Source: Kudoa neothunni
Taxonomy: Eukaryota; Animalia; Cnidaria
Length of the DNA stretch: 64,000 nucleotides
Reading direction: 5' to 3'
Assembly: GCA_964304625.1 (NCBI GenBank)
Contig: OZ199838.1
Location: forward strand, 5,934,443-5,998,442
Part shown: positions 1-12,418 of the stretch, piece after piece
Numbering within the stretch: the stretch's first letter is position 1
Layout: every line of letters starts with the position of its first letter
Made by a program: the position numbers and the translations under genes
The notes under the pieces: model-generated
The model's database searches: none
The model's input: only the letters and a program-made list of their open reading frames with translations
Told to the model about the DNA's origin: nothing

Positions 1-602
1 CTTTGCTAGGCACCAAACCTTCAAAAATCACATCTATATCTTCTTCGTTTATATCGTCGTCGTCATCCAACCCAATGATCGAAGCAACACCAAAAGGGTC
101 ACCGGCTGAGGCTGGTATTGTTGTTAGATCAGCAAAAATATCATCTATTGGAACAGTCAACGGGAGTGGATTGTTGAAAGATGTGGTCGACAAATTTGAT
201 TGAAATGAAGGTTGATTTACGTTTTCATTAGGGAGAGAGGGAGCTAAACAATATCAAAACTTTTATTCCAAGTGAAGAATATTAATAATACCATTACGTG
301 TGGCTAAGCATTCTTTGAGAAAGAAAACACTATCGTCGTTATCATCGCTACCACAAACATTTTCAAAATTACCGGTTGATATTCCGTTAACAGCGGTTCC
401 ATTATCTATTAGAACAAAAACCAACTTATTAATTCTTATTATGCTAGTTTATCATGGCGATAGACTACACAAAAAGCTTCTAACCTCGATCGGATGTATT
501 TTTATCCGTGAAAGAACCACCGAGTAAACTATTATTAGTTGATGTAGACACAGGCTGGTTAAGTTGAGTATTTTTTCTGTTGGATTTCATCTTATCATCC
601 AT
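1..602 (-). CDS. 5' part of a spliced gene of unknown function (Ser/Asn/Asp-rich N-terminus), runs off the window edge
   Basis: ATG at 602; exons 602-485, 405-292, 243-1 joined by GT-AG introns of 79 and 48 nt stay in frame: MDDKMKSNRK...DNGTAVNG...APSLPNENV...DDDDDINEEDIDVIFEGLVPSK. Confidence 0.7.
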
Positions 603-1306
603 TACAATGTTACTTATAATTGAACGGGGTAGCTGTTAACAGACGTTCGAATTCAAATAGAATCGCTTCACAACGCGATGACTCAAATTTTAATCCTCGA
701 ACCAGCGTCACACATCTATTGATTCAACAGCCAGCTTAAATATGTTACTCCGGAAACAACCGAGAATTGAAACTATTGTTTGATATGCCACTTAATCAAG
801 ACACACTACTAGAATGTTTTGATTCTTGTGTTACTGAATAAAAGTGATAACATATTTATAACATTAATATCTTATTATTTTCTAATGTGAGGATGAAGTT
901 AAAAATTGTGATATAAAATTGCATCATGGTATTTGGTAGTAAGTTGATTATGTGGAATGTTAATTTTTTAACAGCATTCATATCCAAATTAAACATATAA
1001 AGTAAATTATCAATTCGAGTTCCACTTAATCCATATTAACCACTTAGTAATTAATTTTAATACGTGAACAATGTGACCTCATTTCTATGGTAGTTAAGTT
1101 GATACGAGTATAATTGATAAAGTCAAAAATTGAACTACTTAATAGTAAACTCGCATAATATTGATATTCGTTTGTGCATAATAATCAACCTCTAAAATAA
1201 ATCAGATGACTAGAAATATTTGAATTGTGCGTGCGCGCGTTGGGGGAGTTTTTGAGAAAGCGACTATTTGCACGATAAATAATATTCAGGTGCCATTCAT
1301 TTTGAT

Positions 1307-4014
1307 CAAGGGTTCACAAACTCTGGCCCAATCCGTCCCTTGGTGACTCTTTCTTATGGCCAGCGAGTAAACCCAATTAAATTCAAATTTATGAAACACC
1401 TCAAAATAAACGGAAAATTATTTGACTGTTAACCTCCCCGAGATTCATCGAGATATTGAATACACCGAAAAAATCTAATGAGATCATTGAAAATTGTTTT
1501 TTGTTTTAATAAATACGAGCCGTTACTAATGCAAAAATCAACATCAGATTTTCTAAATATGCAACAAGACTTAATGTTACAAACCGCTTCAGCGTTTGAT
1601 TTTGAGAAACACGTATTTTTGGTCGAAGTTCGTATGTCAGTTCTAATTATTCCTTTAAGTGCGTGGGGTGAGGAAAATCGTAAAAATAATACTAGATGGA
1701 TCTATGCGTAAAAACCTGTCTGATCATGCTAACTCTGTTTAAATTTTATTAAAATGAAATTAATCAATTAATTAATTAAGTACATTGTATAAAGGATGCC
1801 AAATAAAGATTTATACTGTGCGTAAGAATTAAAGATTCTCAGAAAATTTCCCATAAATAAAATAAAAAGTCAAGTGAAATTTGACGCTAAGGATAAACCA
1901 TCTGTTCGAGCTGGTAGTTGGTACATGTACATATTGTATGTCAAGTTAAAATGCACTTCACCTGTTCCCACAAAACTATTTTTACCACGTAAGGTATATA
2001 TCACATTTAAAATAGCTTACTTTAATTTATTGTTAAGTTAAGATTACCGACATTTGAAAAAGAAAGTTTATGATGAAAGCAGTAAATTCAATAAATCCTA
2101 GACAGGAAAAAAATGTTTTAATCAACAATAGCAGACAAATAATATTTATCTGCTATGTCATTCCACAGTAGCTTTATTAAAGTTATCAAATATCAGAAGA
2201 CATTACCAGATGGTTCATAAAGACTTTCAAGATTTATTGAGTGAGAAACGAAGCGCTAAAAATTAAACTGTTGGAGGAGTCCCTTAATCCACAACAAACG
2301 ACATTTACAACGCAGTCAGAAGATCTTACAGCAGCATATGAGCACAGCTATAATATATTTCTGTTGATAGCGAAAACTGGGAGGATTTTTATTAATGACA
2401 ATTATTTTAAAAAATGCATGACTAATGCAGCTGAGAAGTTGTTTCTAAGTTTCAGATGGTGGCTCTGAATCATATGACGGTTCAGCGAAATATTTCATTC
2501 CATTCCTTAGATGTAAAAATACAACCTATGAATAAAGTAGAAAACAATTTTTTACTTCCTTTTTGTCTTAGTTAGGTCAACTATTTATTCAACTGAACAG
2601 TTATTTGTTTTTGTTTGTAATGTTTCTAAGTCACTTGAGATTACTGAGTAGCTTATTGGTACGAGATCTATGAATAACAAAACTACTGAGACAGTATTTT
2701 TTTAAAAATATTGAAATTTTGTGACAGCGGTTTTTAAAATTCTCCACAATTTGTAGACAACAAGAGATGATGCACAAGTCATGGTAGGCAACACAACTGG
2801 ACTTCTATCGCTTTTAATGATGCATCGAGGAAGCCAGTATACGAAGTTTACCAAATTTTATTATACTATTTACCAGAAAAATTTTGTAAACACAGATGTT
2901 GGTTTTCATTCATTTATAGCTTGGACGAATAATACAATTAGTCTTACAGAATATTGAAAACATAACCTTTGTCGATATCAAAATCTTATTGAAGAAGCCA
3001 GTTCAGATTATTACTACCTTGTTTATTACTGCGAGTTAAGTTGGTTAAATCTAGGTAAATTCTTATGAGATTTTGGAAGCTAATTGAAGAGATCGTCCAA
3101 TTCCTAATATTACATAATAAACACAAACGATTAGCTCTTTTGTTTTATCTAGCTTCGTCAAATGAATTATTTTTTTATATTATTCAACAATGAAGTGATT
3201 TAAAGTTAAAATTACGAGTAAAAAATCAGTAAACGTCTAATCTCGCAAACCATATCTGGTCATTTAGAAAAAAAACTAAAGCTTTTTATACGTTTTCCCA
3301 ATTTTAGCGTCATATAATGAAGAACAAAAATATTAACACTTACAAGTATATCGAAGAAATTGACCCTTTGATTCCCTTTTATAAATCATTGTTCAGAGAT
3401 CCTGATTAATCAAAATTGCCAATGAAACTTTTTGTTAATTTATTCGGTGAAACAATGACTGATTTGCCAACTAGGTATCAGCTCGAACTTACCGATTTCC
3501 AATCATCTGATGAAATGCTTGTCGCGATTCGAGAAAATGGATTATTAGACTTATACAGATCACTACCTAATACATTTCAAAGTATTAAGGCGAACGCACT
3601 TGTCTCATTGGCATGTTTAATGGCACGTATTGTTGTGAGCAAGCTTTTTTATTAATGAAACTTAATAAAAGTGATATACATAGTTAATTAACAGATGACA
3701 ATTAGAAGCAATTTTGCGCTTGTTGACTTTAAATATTGATCGCGACATTTCTAAACTTGCCCGTAATTTGCGAATTTGCAACAGCAGTCATCAAATTAAT
3801 TTATCATTAATGCATCAATGTTTAGAATCTTTACTCAATTAAAAACACCCAGTAGACTTATTATCTATCAATTATTTTTCAGATTTTCTCTTGCATTCCT
3901 AAATTCGTATACGTATCAACATTGTGATCTATAACTTTATTTTTAACTTTTCTGGTCCATAGCAGTTGTCACACATAAATTTGGCTCGCGGTTCTAAAAG
4001 TTTGTGCACCACTG
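1307..4014 (+). mobile_element. Decayed hAT transposon (GTF2IRD2/EPM2AIP1/SPIN-like transposase pseudogene ~2055-3790)
   Basis: Imperfect TIRs CAAGGGTTCACAAACT / AGTTTGTGCACCACTG. Fragments include a BED-like LLCHSTVALLKLSNIRRHY, YQLELTDFQS, and a hATC dimerisation-like YCCEQAFLLMKLNKS..LTDD. Many stops and frameshifts; no clean 8-bp TSD. Confidence 0.8.
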
Positions 4015-4285
4015 TTATGACTATATTTAAATATTTCCTCCGATCATTTCGTTCATGAGAATCCGATATTATTAAATAAAGCAGTTTCTAAAAATTAAAT
4101 CCATATACAGCTGTGTTCCCTAACATGTAGCGTGGAAAAATTTTGGTTGGACATACAAATTTTTGAATGACTAATAAAGGTTTTAGTGGTACGCAAATAA
4201 TCCTCCTCATTGATGTGACATAAATAATGATGAACAAATTAGGCAGAGTGCTGCACTTTGACATCAATAACTTAATTCGCCATAT

Positions 4286-4357
4286 TGTAGCGGGTGAGGT
4301 CGAACCCGTGACCCTCGAGCGAAAAATGGCGGTGCCTTACCACCTAAACTATGAGCC
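4286..4357 (-). repeat. tRNA-derived sequence (SINE head or tRNA pseudogene)
   Basis: Minus strand GGCTCATAGTTTAGGTGGTAAGGCAC...GGTCACGGGTTCGACCTCACCCG has pol III A-box and B-box/T-arm motifs, but the anticodon and acceptor stems do not pair. Confidence 0.55.
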
Positions 4358-4970
4358 ATAGCGCTCTTGAAATTAGACACTTCTTTATTTAAGTGGATAC
4401 ACCACAATATCATTTATTTTTAAGTGACTATTATCATCTAAAAATATCAAATGCAACGACTTACTATGTAAAAATAGACAACACTTAAAATGATCTTAAC
4501 CGGAACATAGACGGAATGGTTTTGATACCAATCTTTTCTATTTTGTAATCGTTATCTCCCCTATTTTGGCTTTAATCGAGTATAATATTCATTGATTTTT
4601 TCGCTAGATTATTTATTTTGGAATTATAAGCTCGATATACATAAAAGTCTTGCCTAATGCAAGCTAGATTTTGACGGGTTTCATTTAACGTTGTTTTTGA
4701 GGGAATGAAGACCTAGAGATGTTAATTTTTAGTGTCCGGAGATAAAACTCGGTTAAATCTCATTGGACACATTTTAACTTTGATGAGAAAAAAAGTATAT
4801 ACTAATCATTTTTCAGATTTTATGTGGATAGGAAGCTTGATTTAAATTGAAAAACAGTTCAAATCAAACAATCAATATTTTTAAAAGGCGGGGAACGGAA
4901 CTTTTTTCAAGGAGAAGTGAGGTGCGACAGAAAAAAAGGCTGAATACGTTCGTATACAGCTTGTGAGTTT

Positions 4971-5073
4971 GAATTATCGGGATTAAAAATTGGCACTGGC
5001 TATTGGCACGGAAGTATTTAATTCAAACTGGCAACTATGCTTGCGCATTGTCAATTTTTAATCCCAGTAACTC
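4971..5073. mobile_element. Small MITE-like inverted repeat element
   Basis: GAATTATCGGGATTAAAAATTGGCA pairs with TGTCAATTTTTAATCCCAGTAACTC (about 25-bp arms). Confidence 0.55.
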
Positions 5074-5114
5074 CTATTTATAGTTGATCTATAAAGTTTA
5101 TTTTTTAGAATCTA

Positions 5115-5178
5115 CTGTATTTAATTATTTTTTGACCCTTAGGAGTGGTAACGATGGATCAAAAATAATTAAATACAG
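5115..5178. repeat. Short foldback hairpin
   Basis: CTGTATTTAATTATTTTTTGA ... TCAAAAATAATTAAATACAG, near-perfect 20-bp arms. Confidence 0.6.
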
Positions 5179-6670
5179 AAAAAACTATACCTACTTGGAT
5201 ATAATGATCCATGCCAATACCCACGGCCTCTAAAATATTTAATTGGACATGCATACACAAATTTAAAATTTAAATTTACCTTTCCAATCTCATCTGCCTA
5301 AAATTTTGGATGAAAAATTTGGGTGTCCACTTTAGCTAGAGAAGATATCATATGTAGCATGTGAAAACGCACCTTAATTTAGAATTTAATATTTTGATTT
5401 GCTAAATAAATCTTTAACGAAACAATTGTCAAGTTCTCAGTGTTTATATCTAAGGTTAGTCCCGCCACTTTATCGAACAATTACGAATAATGAAACTTAA
5501 TCGTTGGTACCGATACCATGTTTCGTCCTTTATGAAAATGAGATTTTGATTGCCTAATTTTTGGGTTGTACATTTTCCAATAATCCCAAAACATGTACCA
5601 ATTACCCTCAACAAATTATTATCTATTAATTAAAGAATTATTTTGAATATATTAAGGAGAAAAGTGATTTTGCAACTATTCTCGAATAATTATATTCTAA
5701 TGACTAGAAGCTAATTATTGAGTATGCAGTGGGTTTAATTTTCTCAACAAAATTTTTTGTACAACGATGATGCCTAATGAATTTAATGAAATAAGTAAAA
5801 TTTTTTAGCTGTAGAGGTGGATTTTTTGATAAATTTAGGCCTATAATAGATTTTTTCTATTATATGTAAGCGAAATATATAAGGATATGACAAAACAAAA
5901 TAATTTTTGTTAAGGTCAAATATATACGAAATTGATTAATTCGAATAATACTTAATAGCGAGTTCGGCAATTTTATCAATTGTTTTGAGTCCAAAAATTG
6001 TCTGTTACCAAGGTAACACTAATTTTTATTTTAAAAATATTTCCTCACAGTTAATTGACGTCGCTTAGTTCAGATTATATTCTATTGAAATAAATTATTA
6101 AAAACTTACTTTACTAATTTAAAATTTGTTCACTTACGTAACAGTAGGAACCTAAAGGATTTATTCGAGTTAATTTCAATTTACTAGATCCTCAAACCAT
6201 AAAAATATGATTTCAGCCGCTTATTATTATCACAATTTATTGCACACCGGGCGAAACATCACAAAATTGTAAATTTACTAGGCAATATTCCATTTCAAAT
6301 GGTTAGAAACAGGCATAAGCCATGTTAATACTCACTTCGAATTAAATGACATTTATGTGTAAGCAAAATAATTGCTCCCACTCACTCAGACAGACCACGA
6401 CAATCAGAATGTATTTTTTTTCTCAAATCGATACGAAAACGATCTATAATTTACCATGGAAATAAATTGAGGAAAATTTATAATTATGTGAATTATACTA
6501 GATGGTGATTTTGAACTTTTAGATATTTTTACAAGCGCGAGAATTTATTGGCCTATTTTACATTAACTTCAAATGATAGATGATAGGTAAAATAAGATTA
6601 AGATGCGGCACCAATTAATACGATAAAATCAAAACAAACAACAAAAACTACAAATTAATATGGCACAATG

Positions 6671-7712
6671 TCATGATATCGCTGGAAAATTTTTCAGATA
6701 TTTTTTACAATGAGATTTGAGAATATAGGTTTCAGAATCGCGTAAAACTTTACAAAAATGTTTGCAGTGTTTAAGCTTAGATTCAAGATAATTTTTCCAG
6801 TTGCCGGCCACCTCTAGGAATGGAGTCAAATAGGGCGCGACGTTGGTACTACCAACTATGACACTATGACCGCGCGAGAGAAGATAATGTGGTCCAAAAT
6901 GAGAAAACGACTCATTGAAACAAACTTGCAAATTTTCAACTCGCGTAGATTCATATTTGGGCGCCACCTCCACTCCTTCGCTTGTGAACGACTCGCTGGT
7001 AAGTGATTCCACAGGAGCAGTTATAAATCGACCATATGATACAGAAGCAGGCAGCGAAGAACCCAGAATAAAAATAAAACGATTGTTATGTTTGGGGCAG
7101 TTGGAACTGATATCGTCGCACAATTTATTGAACATTATATCAGTTTCCGATTTGATTTCATTGTAATTGGTGTACGTTTTGCAGAAAAGTACTTTGCCAT
7201 TACAACTAGCGATAAGCATGTAAACTTTGGTCTTTTCAAATTGGAATGATCTACTTACGAGATCAAATTCAGAATTGTCACATTGACTACGTATAGCAGG
7301 TTGATTTCTATCAAATCGAGTTATCGAAACTTGGAGAACATCAACAATAATGCTATGTCGTTTGCAAAATTTTTTATCTTGGAGCAATTCTCTTGGTATG
7401 TTGCAGTACCTATACCGATTAAAGAGAAGGCGGTAGTGAGATCGAGTTTTAAATCCACTGAAATAGATACTTTAATTTTTTGGGTTCTTGATCATACGAA
7501 AAACAAAGATCATAGTTGACTGCAACTCTCACTTTGATATAATTGAAATAGTCGATCAGTGTCTTTCTTTCAATGGATTTATTGAAATGAGCTCGAAACT
7601 TTTGTTGTACACACTCCAAACTGATACACTCACTAAATGTGGTTATCATTCCAAGAAATGTGAGCTCCTGTTCTCTGAGATGAAGACGATAGCGAAGATA
7701 CAAAGAAGGCAT
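6671..7712 (-). CDS. Intact two-exon gene encoding a catalytically degenerate IS630/Tc1-transposase-derived protein (~333 aa)
   Basis: Exons 7712-7498 and 7457-6671 are joined by a 40-nt GTATGA..TTTCAG intron (7497-7458), giving a stop-free 1002-nt CDS. The product is colinear with the IS630/Tc1 transposase at 10.6-11.6 kb: HTH, IIVD, FILG, APYLTPFLEVAGNWKNYL. Confidence 0.7.
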
Positions 7713-10466
7713 GACACACCACACTCAGTGCTAATAGTATCGTGCGATTTCAATCGATAATCACTTTTCTAATAAAAAAGGATAGTTAGAATTAATAGGA
7801 TTAAATCCGCTATTTAAATATGACGACGTAACTATTTTTTAGTTGGTGGAACTATTTATTCTAAGAAGGGTTATGCAACTAATTTCACTATAAATAATCA
7901 ATTAGTGCAGTTGACATAACTGATATTATAAAGGCAAGAATCTATTCACTTAATTTAATAAATGTTTTTCTTAATAAATGTAATCATTTAACAAAATTAA
8001 ACCGGCCTCAAAGTCTATAAATACAACTAGCAATAAACATCGGCGAAAACAATTACTCATAAAAATATCATCCGAACAATGATTATTTATTATATTAAAT
8101 AACAACCGCTGATAACCCATTATTAATGTTTTTAAAGTGTAATCAATTTTTCACACAATAGTCTAAGATATACTGGATCCAATCATTACATACATCATTT
8201 GATTAGTTATTATATTTAACGGCGAATCATTGTAATTGATAAAAAATTTATATATGGTTTAGAATGCACATAATAGCTTACTTACTATTTATATTTTGTT
8301 TATCAATGTACCAGTAACTGCAACCCAGAATAAAAATAAATTACTTTAGAAATTAAATCCTTCTATCAGCCACAGATTTCGCGCTGCCACCAAATGATAA
8401 CAAGGATTGATGTATGGACAACACTAATCAACCAAATACTCTTGGTTCTATTCAACTAATAACAATTATAATCATAGATTCCAATTTTTTCAGAACCAAA
8501 TCCAGCTTAGATGGAATGTACAGGTGAGGGGTATTTACCTGGGGATGAATTAGTTATATATCTCGCAGCAATATAAAAAACAATCGATTTAACCTATTTC
8601 TACAGGAGGTGTTAATAACTATGCTATTATTAGCTGAATCACATGTGAAAATGAACCAACAATTTGGGTTTAATTTGTTTGCCGGTTGATCCATTGTTAA
8701 CTCCTCGTGTATACCGCCAATTTTGTACAATCCTTCCTACAACACCCGCTCGATCTCTTATTGATCACTTTATTAAAATTAAGACTATTTCGTGAGTAGG
8801 CGAGCACTGATTCAGTCTTAGTATTAATTGGAACCTGTTTTTGTTAAATGTTAATTTGGAAATTTATTAATGCAATACGTGGCCGTAGTCGTGTTTATAA
8901 TTTTAAATACCCTTAAAAAGCAAAAATAATTTCTATTTTAGTTTTAGCATGACCCTTACGATTTTCCAGTGGAGATTCGCAACCTATTATCTATTTGCAG
9001 TATTCATTTTTTTAAAGTTGTACGTAGTGTAGTAACCTTCCTAGATTATATATAGATAAACACTCCTTTCCTTTGGGAGTAATATCAATAGAAACAGCAA
9101 TTTTGGAACAACTATTACATTTAGCAATTAAAATCATTAGATTCTACTTGAAAATGAACTAAAATAAACAATTTAAACAAATAAGAGATTTGTTGTTTAA
9201 GTTATATGATAATGCAGCTCTTTGCTAGTTTTTCGGTATTGGCGGTGAAGTATCGAGCTCCGATCAGCGAAGCATTAGCTTACTTATATTTTTAATCCTT
9301 CAAAATTCTGCTTTGTTAAATTACTCCTATAGTAACTGCATATGATTTGTTATTTTCCAATCCAACGATGTAAAGGATCATTATCATTAGGAATACGCTC
9401 ACACTTTATTAGCACGATTCAACTACAAAATTCATTGCTAGCAGGTCATATATACGTTTTCACTTAGTAATAAATTTTAAGTTATAAGTGAAGGTAGACG
9501 AATTAAACAGTTTAACTCATTACTATAAAGACCCACTGAGCAAAATTTAAATGTATTTTGTTGTTAGATCAAGCTTAGGCTTAGAATAATGAATTCAATC
9601 ATTCTCCGCGTGGTTTTCGTTTTCTGTAACTGATGCTTGTTTTATCCCGCCAATTCTAATTTGATTCTCTAGCACAACAATAAAAATGGTTGTCGTCGCT
9701 GACGGCATCATTATCGATTTTAGACTATTTTCAGCTCATTATAAATCAGCGCTTCCCAATTCATTTTATTTTCCGGACCCGCTACCACTTCCGAGAACAA
9801 CTCCGCACTCCTTCTCAAAAAAGAGATTTAAAATGGATTTATTTTTCGGTGGGAACAATATTTTGATTAAAATAACATTAAAAAGAAAAAACCGCCTATT
9901 TTAACAAGAAAACAAATGTGAATAAAATAAAAAAATATGATGATAAATTAAATGTTTCGAATTTTTTTTCTTGTATTTTTTGGACAATAATTGGGTAAAA
10001 ATGGGACTCTTTATCAGATAAAGTTATGACTAAATCATAATTTGTAAAGGTACAAGATATGTTAATGTTTTTGTGCAAAATAACAAATGTGAATAGCTGA
10101 GCTTACGCGAAATTTTGCTTTTGTAGTTTTGTTTAACTGTAAATTTAAAAATTCATTGAGGAATTTAAATATGTGACCCAATCTCGAATGCATAGTTTTA
10201 ATTTATAGAATTTTTGATCGCAAATTGACTTTAATTTAAAGTATAAAAATTTTAAATAATTTAACAAACAAATATAAATAACGTAACCCTGACACTAATT
10301 AAAATTTAATTCATACTTGCAATATAGTTTAACTAAAAATAATAAATAATACAATTTTTAATAATTCATCCATTTTTAAATCTTTTATATGTCGTCTATC
10401 TTTCCCATTAAAAAGTAAATACTTCATAATTTTTTGCGTTGTTCCATTTAAAATTTAAACTAAATA

Positions 10467-11807
10467 TAGGGGGTTTTGAGCTTTGGTGACACGTGTGTAG
10501 TTTTAGCTAATAATTAAGTTCATACTATAAATTAATCGAATAAAAATAATAATATGAGTGGTAAAAATTTAGCATAACATGTTAGTTTAATATTTATGAA
10601 CTTTTAATACAGATAGTGACGACGATTATCAAATGACAACTCAAACAAAATTTAAGAGACAAACAATAAGTGACTGAGATAGGGAAAGGATTGCCAAACA
10701 GTGCGAATTGGGTCACGGCGATGCTCTCATTGTTGAAAATGTTGGAATTAAGCGACAAACTGTTGCTTCAATTGTAAAGTCATACGTTCTCGATGGGAAA
10801 ATAAAGCCACTAAAAAGGGTGTGACTCTTCTTCAAAACTCAATGAAAATCAAAAGTAGCTGATTAGAAAATGGGTGGATGAGGAAGCCACCATTACCCTT
10901 AAGACTTTCCGCCTAAAATTGTTAGACAAGTGTGGCGTGAGTGTTAGCACAATAGATAGGTTCTTAAAGAATTTCATTATTCTTTTAAATTGCTCACAAT
11001 TGTTCCTGAACGATGAAACTCTGACGATACAGTGGAAAAAACGTTTTGTGTACGCTCAAGAGTTCAATTCCAAATTGTTTGAGGCAAAATAAAACAACTT
11101 TGTTTTTATTGACGAAGTTGGTTTTAATGTATCGTCACGTACAAGACTGGTCCATTCGCTTGTTGGTACGGTACATCAGCATATGTAAACGTAAAAGCCG
11201 TCAAGTCAAGTAACGTATCCGTCATAGCAGCGATGAATAAGTTTGGCATGGTGCTATATAAAATAAATCGGAGACCAGTAAATGACGAAGATTTTAAAGA
11301 GTTTCTTATTGAAATGGCAGATTTGTGCCGTTCTTTGGAAATTGAAGATCCATGCTTCATACTCGATAATGCAAGGATACATCATTATCGGGGACTTAGC
11401 GAAATTTTAGCGTCATTACAACTAACGTTGATGTACCTACCTCTGTATTAACCCTTCATGAATCCAATTGAGAATGTTTTCAGTAAATGGAAAAACCATG
11501 TTGTGAGAGGACAAGCGAGAAACGAAAACGATCTTTTAAACTTAATAGATGATGGTTTCAAAGTTATTACCACCAATTATTGTTCAAGTCATTATCAAAA
11601 AATGCTTCGATATATCAGCAGATGTTGGAACCGAGAAATTATTCTAAAATAAGTATACATTATACGACGATAATGCTTGAATATCTTTTTCAAATTCCTA
11701 AAATTGTTATTTTTTGTTCATTCGAAACTTAAAGTAATATTTTCGTATTTTTCACCTAATTATATAGCCATCTTAAATATCTTGTCACTAAAACTCGAAA
11801 ACCCCTA
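10467..11807 (+). mobile_element. IS630/Tc1-mariner (DD34E) element, full length, transposase pseudogenised
   Basis: TIRs TAGGGGGTTTTGAGCTTTGGTGACA / TGTCACTAAAACTCGAAAACCCCTA with TA flanks. FVFIDE, FILDNARIHH and NPIENVF give 34 residues between D and E. Stops and frameshifts present; probable intron 10561-10612. Confidence 0.9.
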
Positions 11808-12418
11808 TAATTTATTTACGAATAAAAGAGGAATAAGTTATCATTTTTATTCCATATATTAATAAATAATATATAGTATATTGAACGCATGAATTAATCT
11901 TCAGTAAAATTCATCAAATGATCATTTATTTAACAGATTTATTTCAACTTCGATTGCGCACGAAACGAGCATGATATATTGCCGAGAGAGATTCTGATTA
12001 TTTGGAACCGATACATTACGTAAAAAGTGTGCTTAGCCGTACAATTTTTCTGTTGAATCTAGACGTGAGTCTCGGACCCCTTCCCCTCATCAGGAAGCCC
12101 TGGTATAAATGGATAAAAATGTACTCGGTTTCATATTTTCCAAAGAAAGTGGATTTTGTATAGTAAATAATATTCACGTGTGATTAATTTGGACCATATT
12201 TAATTATAAAAATGACCATTCACATGATAACTACTTTTCAGTTATCACTAGTTTTTGCTATATTTATTTTTCAAACATTGCTTCGTTCGTAGATATCAAA
12301 AATAATTAAATATGACAGATTTTAAAAAATTAGATCTGTGTACGGCTTGGGTTAAGAGGTTTTTAAGATCAAAAATTTTCGCTGTGAAAGCGTAAATGCC
12401 GTTAAGGGTTAAGATTTA

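Noticed and set aside
8350-8690. Possible small spliced plus-strand gene
   Set aside because: Splice-like signals exist, but I found no consistent start and frame and no recognisable domain
10467-11807. Fanzor/TnpB cargo in IS630/Tc1 elements
   Set aside because: The element is only 1.34 kb and fully accounted for by the transposase; no RuvC or zinc-ribbon ORF seen in the window
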